From Octopus vulgaris (Eukaryota), in NCBI GenBank assembly GCA_951406725.2, contig OX597816.1, positions 5,332,001-5,396,000 on the forward strand: a stretch of 64,000 nucleotides of DNA, read 5' to 3'. The number at the start of each line of letters is the position of its first letter. The first letter of the stretch is position 1. A program made the translations under genes and the position numbers. Shown here piece after piece: positions 53,388-64,000 of this stretch. The notes below the pieces were generated by a model. It saw only the letters and a program-made list of their open reading frames with translations, was not told the DNA's origin and searched no databases.

Positions 53388-53534
53388 TCTTTCTCATTCC
53401 TCTGTCTCTCCCCCGTTCTCTCTTTGGACTCCACCTGTAATTCAAATATCTCCCATCACACACTATTACACTCATTCGACCCCACGGGTCTGTACAATAC
53501 TCATCTGTCTCGACATTAATTCTAGGAGTTCGTG

Positions 53535-53825
53535 AAGGTACGTGGCTTAGTGGTTACGGCATTCGGCTCACGATTGTAAGGTCGTGAGTTCAATTCCCAG
53601 TGACGCGTTGTGTCCTTGAGCAAGACACTTTATTTCACGTTGCTCTAGCCCACTCGGCTGGCAAAAATTAGTTGTACTCGTAATTCAATGGGTGTCAGGC
53701 TTGTTACATTCTGTGTCACGCTGAATCTCTCTGAGAACTACGTTAGCGGTTAGGCATGTATGTGGAATACTCAGCCACTTGTATGTTAATTTCATGAGCT
53801 TGCTGTTCCATTGATCGATCAAATG
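53535..53825 (+). mobile_element. SINE with family D head/CORE-like part and family C 3' half
   Basis: TGGCTTAGTGG, GAGTTCAATTCC, GTGTCCTTGAGCAAGACACTT, then TGTGTCACGCTGAATCTC..GAGAACTACGTT. Confidence 0.8.
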
Positions 53826-53836
53826 GAGCCTAAAGA

Positions 53837-54050
53837 AGGCGACGAGCTGGCGGAGTCGTTAGCACGCTGGATGAAATGCCTGGCGGTATTTCGCCCGTCG
53901 CTACATTCTGAGTTCAAATTCACCCAAGGTCGACTTTGCCTTTCATCATTTCGGGGTCGATTAAATAAGTACCTGTTACGCACTGGCGTTGATATAATCG
54001 TTTTTTCCCCTCCATCAAAATTTCAGGCCTTGCGCCTATAGTAGAAAGGA
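53837..54050 (+). mobile_element. SINE family A with tail 2
   Basis: Head, body and ..GCCTATAGTAGAAAGGA. Confidence 0.85.
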
Positions 54051-54384
54051 CTAATTCTGGGAGTTGCAATTATGTTGAACAAATAACTAAATACTCATCG
54101 TCGAAAGCGATGGAGACTCTACGACTTTAGCAACGCTGAGAACGATTTAGAGTTGCTGGCAGAAGTAAAAAGGAAGTGTCTGCAAGGCCACCGGTCTGAA
54201 GATTATTGCGAAGATGGATCTCCGTCGCAGATGGATCTGTCGCAGATGGATCTACATCGATGAGGTCGGTCAACTGAGTTACACGCTCCTGAATTAAGAT
54301 TTAAGTGGTTGAGAGTTCCACAGACATACGTACCCTTGAAGTAATTCTGAGGCACAGTCGGTGTAACATATGTGTAATAAAGAA

Positions 54385-54803
54385 AGGCGGTGAGCTGGCA
54401 GAAACGTTAGCACGCCGAGCGAAATGCGTAGCCGTATTTCGTCTGCCGTTACGTTCTGAGTTCAGATTCCGCCGAGGTCGACTTTGCCTTTCATCCTTTC
54501 GGGGTCGATAAATTAAGTACCAGTTACGCACTAGGGTCGATGTAATCGACTTAATCCGTATGTCTGTCCTTGTTTGTCTCCTGTGTGTTTAGCCCCTTGT
54601 GGGTAGTAAAGAAATAGAAATAGGTATTTCGTCTGCCGTTACGATCTGAGTTCAAATTCCGCCGAGGTCCACTTTGCCTTTCATCCTTTCGGGGTCGATA
54701 AATTAAGTACCAGCTACGCACTGGGGTCGATTTAATCGACTTAATCCGTTTGTCTATTCTTGTTTGTCCTCTCTGTGTTTAGCCCCTTGTGGGTAGTAAA
54801 GAA
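54385..54803 (+). mobile_element. SINE family A dimer
   Basis: Imperfect TSD AACAYATGTGTAAYAAA. Confidence 0.9.
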
Positions 54804-55451
54804 ACACATGTGTAACAAATATTTACCGTTGAGTTACAGATACAGTTCGCCCGGAGGGATTTTATAGAATCGCCCCGCCATCAATGTCACCAACAAAGAA
54901 GAGACGAATCGTAGGTGTCGAAGAACAAAAAAAAACACAAAAAAAACTGACAGCTTTCCATGACGTCGCGGATCTTCCTGGTTGCGAAGCGAACTCGTTA
55001 ACCATTTGTCCGTATTGTACTTAACTAAAGAATATTAAATCCAGTATTTAAAGCGAATCGTCAATGTGCAGCTAGAAAGATGTACACATCGCTAATGTAC
55101 TAAATAATATGAACGTTCAGAACGCATTACGCAAAATACCCAGCAAAATAATTCTATTTTCGGCCGCTGGCACAATCTAGCCACTCACGTATAGTTATAA
55201 CCATTAATGTTTCCAGACGTACAGAAGAAGAAGATGGAGAAAGATAAGTTTCTTTTTTTTCTTTCATGGCTTCTCGTTAAAATAAAGACGTAGGTCTCGG
55301 TAATGATAAATCAATGCCAATGTCAATTGGCTGCGACGAACATGAGGAAATCTATTTCGTCTAAAACTGTCAGGTTCAATGGCTTCGACGAGAGACACGC
55401 TTTAAAATGAGTGAAGTACATTAACAAGATGACTTCTATAAAACAGCAAGG

Positions 55452-55478
55452 ACACACACACACGCACCACACACACAC

Positions 55479-55551
<73 letters not shown>

Positions 55552-56054
55552 ACACGCAGAGGCACACACACACCTACACAAACACAGAGGCACACACACA
55601 TATACACACACGCAGAGGCACACACACACACCTACACAAACACAGAGGCACACACACACACACATACACACACGCAGAGGTACACACACATACACAATAC
55701 TGAAGCACACACACATACACACATGCAGAGGTACACACACGCAGAGGTACACACACACATACACAAATACAGAAGCACACACACACATACACACAAACAG
55801 AAGCACACACACACACTTACACACACGCACACCTGCATACGCTCTCATACAAACGCACACCCGTACACATACGCTCATATTTACAAACATAAGCGTACAT
55901 AGATACAAGCACACACACACTTGCACACACACAGACGCATACACACACACATACACAAACACAGAGGCACCTCCCCCACACACACTTACACACACGCAGA
56001 GGCACACGCACACCTGCATACACTTTCATACAAACACACACCTGCCCACGCCTG
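55452..56054. repeat. (CA)n-derived degenerate tract with recurring GCAGAGG interruptions
   Basis: Direct inspection. Confidence 0.9.
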
Positions 56055-56440
56055 CACACGCTGGCACACGCACCTGTGCACACAGCTGCATACTAGCATG
56101 TATATATACACACACACGCATACACCTACACTCACACATATACAGCATTCAACTGTTAGCGTTGGACAATCAACTGACAAAGACACACACCTGCACACAC
56201 TGGCACACGCACCTGTGCACACAGCTGCATACTAGCATGTATATATACACACACACGCATACACCTACACTCACACATATACAGCATTCAACTGTTAGCG
56301 TTGGACAATCAACTGACAAAGACACACACCTGCACACGCCTGCACTGGCACACGCACCTGTGCACACAGCTGCATACTAGCGTCTATATACACACACATA
56401 TACGGTATCGTTCTGTGAACGTTAGACAATCAGCTGTCAC
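56055..56440. repeat. 139-bp tandem repeat, two near-identical units plus a diverged third
   Basis: ACAGCATTCAACTGTTAGCGTTGGACAATCAACTGACAAAG at 56142 and 56281. Confidence 0.9.
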
Positions 56441-57023
56441 CTGTATAATATTCTATGGTCTACCTGCACTTAACTGGTGAATATAAAACAGCTAAAATAT
56501 CGAATAGATTCGAGTCGAAGAACTGGCGTGCATTGAAATTAATAAAATGCACTATGGACATAAAGACTTCTCCATTGACGCCACTGAAACATAATTGTCC
56601 TACTGGAAACCTGTAACCAACATTCAGTTATGAATAGCGCTGGTTTATTGTTATCAATATAACAATAAGCAACAGGACACATCAGCGCGCGCAAGCCAAG
56701 CGCGCACACGTATGCATATATTAATTCCTTGTTTTATTGGTCTCGGTGTAATATTTCGAATGTAACCACCGAGGAACGGTGGCTGAAAGTGTTTTATGCG
56801 ATTATATTGCCCCCTTCCTAGGTTATCGGCAATGCACTCCTAATACATATATACTTTCAAACAGAGAATAATGCAGAGTAAGATAGATAGATAAATTACA
56901 TGCACACAAGCACCCGCACGCACCAGGCTAACATGCTATCTTCAAGATAACGCCTTGCCAGATATGTGCATATAAATATTGCCATTATTTCGCAAATTTT
57001 TCGTATACCTGCAAATATACATG

Positions 57024-57069
<46 letters not shown>

Positions 57070-57595
57070 TACACACGCATACATACGTATATACATACAT
57101 ATAAACATGCAATCATGCATGTATATACTTATATATATATATATATATACATAGTAATGACTTTTAGCCAACATTATGTGGCCGTCCCAGGATGGGACAA
57201 ATGTTACACCAGGAAACACCGTTTGCAGCTGGCTATACGACACAAACATTCTGGGTCCTTATATTTTCGAACAGGGGATATCATCAGCTCCACCCAACTC
57301 AACTTCGGTTTCTGGGTTATTGCTCTTTATCGGCGTGGAGTATCTTGGTTGGCTAGAGGTCGCCACTGAACTACTATCGTAAATATATACATTTCAAAAT
57401 GGCTCACAATCACTGATCTACACAATAGAAATATCACTATTTCTAAATCTCTCAAAGAGAGATATTCAGTAACAGCACCATAAAGTAATGACGTTTTGCC
57501 AACATAAAGTGGCAGTCCTAGGATGGGCCGAATGTTACTGTCATTTAGCCCCAAGAAACAACATTTCTAGTTGGAGAGATTTAGAAATAATAATG

Positions 57596-58131
<536 letters not shown>

Positions 58132-58185
58132 TACACTGTGCACCTATTTAGACAATATCGATTTCATGGAGGGGGTAAGTTAATG

Positions 58186-58445
58186 CAGTGGTTCCCAAAG
58201 TGGGTGATATTGACGCCTAAGGGCGGTAGACAGTTCCAAGAGGGAAGTTGAAGAAAAGTGTGGCAATAGTGGGGTAACGATTCATGTAAAAACAATATAA
58301 TAGGTTCTTTAGATTAAGATTTTGTTTGTGAAATAGAATTGCTTTGAATTTGCTTCAGAAAAAGTGTCTGAGTTTGTGATGGTAAGTTGGGGTGGGGGCA
58401 TTAGGGATGTGGCCTAGGAGCCAAGTAACAGTTTGGGTATCACTG
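58186..58445. mobile_element. hAT (Charlie-like) MITE
   Basis: TIRs CAGTGGTTCCCAAA / TTTGGGTATCACTG; 8-bp TSD AGTTAATG / AGCTAATG. Confidence 0.85.
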
Positions 58446-58540
58446 AGCTAATGTACACTTGATCACTATAAACACATCGTTCGGCAAAAGCTGGACACTC
58501 GTACACCGTTTTCGATTGGAGGGTCCATCATTTGATGTTA

Positions 58541-58655
58541 AGAGATTTAGGTGTTACTCTAAAGAGCAACCTAAGCTGGAGTGCACATATCAACAGTAAC
58601 TTGGATGTGGCCCACAGAATATGCTCATGAAACTATAGAACCTTCAGTAGAAGAT
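58541..58655 (+). mobile_element. CR1/L2/Jockey-group LINE reverse transcriptase fragment
   Basis: RDLGVTLKSNLSWSAHINS..AHRICS*NYRTF. Confidence 0.7.
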
Positions 58656-58818
58656 CCTGATGCCATCCTTCTCCACTTTGGCCAATGTCATGCTTTGTAC
58701 CGGGCGACCAAAGTGGGCTGTTGTCGCTCTGTACAAAACATAACATTATGAGAATGTTATAGAGGCTGATCTCAAAGTAAATAAATGGATAAATAGGTTC
58801 GGGGTGTGGCTGTGCGGT

Positions 58819-58872
<54 letters not shown>

Positions 58873-58875
<3 letters not shown>

Positions 58876-59125
58876 AGAGATTACGAAAAAAACAAAAGAC
58901 GAAGACAGGTGGTGTACAAAACAAACAGATGTATTAGTATAACGCTCAGGAATAGAAAAAGTCTTTTACGTTTCGAGCCTACGCTCTTCTACAGAAAGGG
59001 ACACAGAAAAAAACAAGGAGATAACAAGGAGAGAAAAAATGGAGAAAAGGAGAGAAAAAAGAGTAAAAAAAGGAGAGAAAAAAGGAGAAAAAGGAGAGAA
59101 AAAAGGAGAGGAAAAAAGGGTGTGT
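58873..59125 (-). mobile_element. Short element in (TA)n with hammerhead-like motif, copy 3
   Basis: Reverse complement of the 25845-26020 family; motif at 58961-59002. Confidence 0.78.
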
Positions 59126-59225
59126 GTATATATATATATATATATGTATATACACACACCCTTTTTTCCTCTCCTTTTTTCTCTCCTTTTCCTTTTCTCA
59201 CACATATATATATATGTGTGTGTGC

Positions 59226-59286
<61 letters not shown>

Positions 59287-59405
59287 TCATAGATAGATAG
59301 ATAGATATTTGTTTTAAACCCAATAACATGTCAGTAAGTTGAATGGTTTCATACGCTTCCACTCTCCATCACTATCTTTCTATTATTGTATGAATCAATC
59401 AATCA

Positions 59406-59477
<72 letters not shown>

Positions 59478-59491
59478 CCCTGTTTGTGTGC

Positions 59492-59544
<53 letters not shown>

Positions 59545-60217
59545 GATCTGTCACATTTAGTCTCTATGATAGATTTTCACTCACTGACGCACACACACAC
59601 ACACTCATACACAAAAAATGAGCGAATCTTTTATATCCAGCAACATGACACCAAGGTGAGCTCTCTCTCTCTCTCACTCTCACACATTACCGTCCCCCCA
59701 CACTAACTCTGTCCCTCTCTCTACCCTTCTCTCTATCACCCTCTCCCTCTCAATCTATTCATCTATCTATCCATCACACTCTGTCTCTATATTATACACA
59801 CGCTCTCTCTCTCTCCTCCCCACACACACTTGCATTTTCATCCACTTCTATTGGTCTCTTCTCTTCGGTCCAATAAAACAAATTGCCATGTAATGGAAAA
59901 TATTGATTCTGGAAGTGTGTATTTTTTGTATTGTCATAAAAATGTTCCCACCAATAATTGGTTAAGATCGTTTCCACCTCCCACATGCAATGTTTTCTCC
60001 ATATTCTGTCGGAGAGAAAGGAAAAGATGCTTAACTTTAACCGAATCAACCTGCATTTAAAAGGTGGGAAGACATTATTTTTCACGAATGTAACGCTAGC
60101 AAATTTTAAAAGCTGAACGTGTGATAATAATGAGGACTATGATGATGATGATGATGACGACGACGATGATGGAACCACCACCACCACCATACCAACAACA
60201 ACAACAACAGCAACAAC

Positions 60218-60255
<38 letters not shown>

Positions 60256-60257
<2 letters not shown>

Positions 60258-60498
60258 TAGTGCTCATGGGAACTGCTCATATACTACGCAAAATACTTTC
60301 TATGTAATCTCAAGTTTTAAAACAAACATACTTTTCGGTTTTTTTTTATATTCACTAGTACAACACTAAATACAAAACCAAATATATGATGGCACACTAG
60401 GCATCACATCATCACGAACTTCCAACCTGTTGGATCTTGAGGTCTCTGGGTGAGACTTGGTGCCAACTTGTACAAATATAAAGCAAAAGTCAAACATA

Positions 60499-60500
<2 letters not shown>
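60256..60500 (+). mobile_element. R4/Dong-like LINE extreme 3' end inside (AAT)n
   Basis: IVLMGTAHILRKILSM* plus UTR; (AAT)n on both sides. Confidence 0.8.
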
Positions 60501-60555
<55 letters not shown>

Positions 60556-60677
60556 TGATACCTGTGAATTTGCGCGTGTAATCTGGGAATGCGTACAATG
60601 AGCTTCTCTGCCCTAGGTGTACGGAAAACACTCGGCGAGAAACGGAAGAAAATTTGAAGAAAGCAGGAAAAATAATA

Positions 60678-60715
<38 letters not shown>

Positions 60716-60749
60716 TATAATTATAATTACAATAATTATAATTATAATA

Positions 60750-60955
60750 ATCCTTTCTGCTAAAGGTACAAGGCCTGAAATTTGGGGTTGAGGGAACTAG
60801 TCGATTACTTCGACCCGTGTGTTTCACTGCTACGTAATCTGTTGACCCCGAAAGGATGAAAGGCAAAAATCGAAATCGACGGAATTTGAACTCAGAACGT
60901 AAAGTCGGATGAAAAGTCGCTAAGCATTTTTTCCGGCGTGCTATCGATTCTGCCA
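60750..60955 (-). mobile_element. SINE family A with tail 2
   Basis: Body plus tail ending in (ATT)n. Confidence 0.8.
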
Positions 60956-61139
60956 TAATAGATAAATTGCAAAATAATGTGGGGGTTCAATCCCAAACGG
61001 AGCAGGTACTTGAGCAAAACAAACCAGACTTGGCGATGGTGGTGGTGGTGGTGGTGGTGGGCAAGGCAAACCACTGTACTCTGTAACTGGTGTTGAGTAC
61101 CCCTTTTGACCCACGGGTCGTTAAGAATGAAGGCGAAAA

Positions 61140-61640
61140 AAATAGACGTAAACAATGTTCTTAAATCCGAGATAGCCCAACTGTGGGAGATGGAAAAGGT
61201 GAACATAGTGCCAATTATTGAATTGGGGACAGTTTAAGGAAATATTGAGGGGAATATAAAGGAAATTGGAATAAAGGGCCCAGTAGAACGGTAGCAAAAA
61301 GTTTGCCTCTTTGGAATGGCCAGAATCTAGAGGAAAGTATTAGTTGAAGAGAACAAACAGCAAGGTACAGTAGGCCGCAGGTAGCTATTCGTACAAGACT
61401 CCAGGAATTCCATCAAAATCTGAGATGTGTTGTTGTAGGTGCCCTGGGAATGATAAAAAAAAGGTACTGGCAAATATTTTGACCCGATCCCTGGGAAACG
61501 AACAATCTATGAGACTCATAAAAGTGAGTTGACATCAACCGGCCATATTCTCAGGAAGTCTCTCTCAGTGTAACATATATGTGCCTTGCTCTCTGGTTGA
61601 GACCCGGTCAGAAGATGAAATAAAATGCAATTTGGAATAC
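61140..61640 (+). mobile_element. Two adjacent R4/Dong-like 3' fragments
   Basis: LKSEIAQLWEMEKVNIVPII..QKVCLFGMARI*RKVL, then VVGALGMIKK..IPG..TSTGHILRKSLSV*. Confidence 0.75.
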
Positions 61641-61651
61641 TACTGCTGCTG

Positions 61652-61783
<132 letters not shown>

Positions 61784-61927
61784 TTTTTTTTTAATTCGGG
61801 GTCTATAAATAAAGTACCAGTTTCGCACTGGGGTCGATGTAATCGACTTAATCCCTTTGTCTGTCCTTGCTTGTCCCTTCTATGTTTAGCCCTTTGTGGG
61901 TAGTAAAAAAAATAATAATAATAATCA

Positions 61928-62452
61928 CGGCCTACAAAGAGCAAAGACATGATATGAGCATACTCCACAAGGAGTCACCGGGAATGAGAATTACAAAATC
62001 CTGTGGGATACAATGATCCAGTGTGATCACCTGGACTAAACATCGGAAACGGAACATTGTTGTGGTGAATAAAAAAGAAAGAAAATGTATGATAATCGAC
62101 ATAGCACACCCCGGGGACAAGAAGAAGAAAAAAATAAACAACTATGAATATTTGACGTGGGAAATACGAAGGTTGTGATCAATGAAGAGAATAGATGTGA
62201 TACCAATAGTAATTGGTGCACTTGGGAGTATTAGTACTCAACACGGCTGAAACATGGCTACCAACATGGCTGAAAAATGTTGGTGCAAGTGCGATGGTAG
62301 AACACCTAAAAAGTCAACATTGTTTGGAACTGCAAGAATTCTTCGCAGGGTTCTTGAAGTTTGACCAGTAAACAAATGTCTCCTTAGCCCGCGGGCTATG
62401 AACAACTGACTCTTTCCATCATACCCAGCAAAATAAGCTGTGAGTTCCCATC
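61928..62452 (+). mobile_element. R4/Dong-like LINE 3' fragment
   Basis: YEHTPQGVTGNENYKILWDTMIQCD..IVVVNKKERKCMIIDIAHPGD..IDVIPIVIGALGSIS..LFGTARILRRVLEV*; ends in (AAT)n. Confidence 0.88.
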
Positions 62453-62474
62453 AAATAATAATAATAATAATAAT

Positions 62475-62999
62475 ATGCCCTGATACAGTACCAGGCAGTG
62501 GCTCTCGTGGCTTCTGACCTTAACTGATTGGAAGTGTTAACATGTACATTGTTTTGTCTTGGTATAAAAGATGGGCTAACAGCAAATATTCTGCTCAATA
62601 CCACAGTTTTGCTTGTCAGTTGTTTGACCTTAACCAGTTGAGCATGTCCCTTGGTGGCTGACGATATGTGCATCTCTGGTCAGGAGAAGAAGTAGTTGGG
62701 GAGCATCATAGCCATGTGTTGAGAGGGATTCTTTGGGGTTTGAATAATTCACTTCTGGAAACATGAGTGTTTCGTTCAACATCCTTAAACAACCCTTATT
62801 CAAGGACCTTTTGAGTGGGATGGGCTACTCAACCTGAAGAAAATTCTAACTGGGCATGTGATGCATGTGCCTGGTGTACCTTTATCAGACGAGTAGCCAT
62901 GATGGGTATACTGGGTTTCGGAGTAGCCATGATGGGTATACTGGGTTTCGTATATTTTACCCCAGTGTCATTTTGATAGCATACACTACTCTCTCACTC
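62475..62999 (+). mobile_element. ~560-bp (AAT)n-embedded element, copy 2
   Basis: Homologous to 443-998, with an internal deletion near 62855 and a 30-bp tandem duplication at 62891-62950. Confidence 0.88.
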
Positions 63000-63076
<77 letters not shown>

Positions 63077-63078
<2 letters not shown>

Positions 63079-63573
63079 GCCCTGAATCAGTATCAGACAG
63101 TGACTCTCATTGCTTCTGATCTTAACTGATTGGAAGTGTTAACATCTACATTTTTTGTCTTGGTATAAAAGATGGGCTAACAGCAAATATTCTGCTCAAT
63201 ACCACAGTTTTGCTTGTCAGTTGTTTGACCTTAACCAGTTGAGCATGTCCCTTGGTGGCTGACGATATGTGCATCTCTGGTCAGGAGAAGAAGTAGTTGG
63301 GGAGCATCATAGCCATGTGATGAGAGGGATTATTTCGTTCAACAACCTTAAACGATCCTTATTCAGGGACCTTTTGAGCGGGATGGGCTACAGCACCTGA
63401 AGAAATTTCTAACTGGGCCCCACTTGCAAGGTTATGCGCTGTTTATCTTCATATGAGATTACCCTGTCATGGACATATAGTTCTGATACATGTGCCTGGT
63501 GTACCCTTATCAGACGGATAGTCATGCTGGGTATACTGGGCTTTGTATATTTGTATTCCAGTGTCACAATGAT
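63077..63573 (+). mobile_element. ~560-bp (AAT)n-embedded element, copy 3
   Basis: Same 5' start ATGCCCTGA after (AAT)n. Confidence 0.85.
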
Positions 63574-63858
63574 GTGAATATGTCATTGAGTTAGACATAT
63601 ACACTCTTTCTTTCCTTCTTTTTTCATTCTTTCTTTCTTCTCAATGTTTCTCTCTCTTTTTCTTTCGCCCTACATTATATATACAAGCAATCACGCACAC
63701 ACACACACGCATCACTGTGTGTGTGTGTGTGGATCGAATCACGTGCCAGGTAATAGTAATGTATATGACATACATACATACATACATACATACACATACG
63801 GACATTTCTATAGCGAAGATGATTTAAATACCATTAAGCAATGACATTTTAAAGAAAT

Positions 63859-63921
<63 letters not shown>

Positions 63922-64000
63922 TATATATTAGTAAACAGGCACACACACACAGGCATATCAGTGTGCATTTTTTGTATGTGTGTGTGTTTATAAGTGTGTC

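Overview
Eukaryotic, AT-rich, repeat-saturated non-coding DNA. The SINE families and the very high microsatellite density resemble an octopus/cephalopod genome (inference from pattern recognition, not a search). I see no credible host protein-coding gene, rRNA gene, bona fide tRNA gene or CRISPR array. Nearly all ORFs in the track are read-throughs of microsatellites or SINEs. The window holds dozens of copies or fragments of four tRNA-headed SINE families. It also has 5'-truncated non-LTR retrotransposons of the Tx1/L1, R4/Dong, RTE and CR1-like groups, plus non-autonomous Helitrons, a HINE-like element, Tc1/mariner and hAT MITEs, a Sola-like transposase relic and a 14-copy 101-bp tandem array. 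The most interesting signals are: (1) a (TA)n-embedded short element carrying a variant minimal type-I hammerhead ribozyme; (2) a Tx1-like LINE found only inside (ATCT)n arrays, whose 3' end matches the tail of the commonest SINE; (3) apparent partitioning of microsatellite types among retroelement clades; (4) a repeat-derived minisatellite with an incipient 303-bp higher-order repeat. Boundaries were read by eye and may be off by some bases for degenerate copies.
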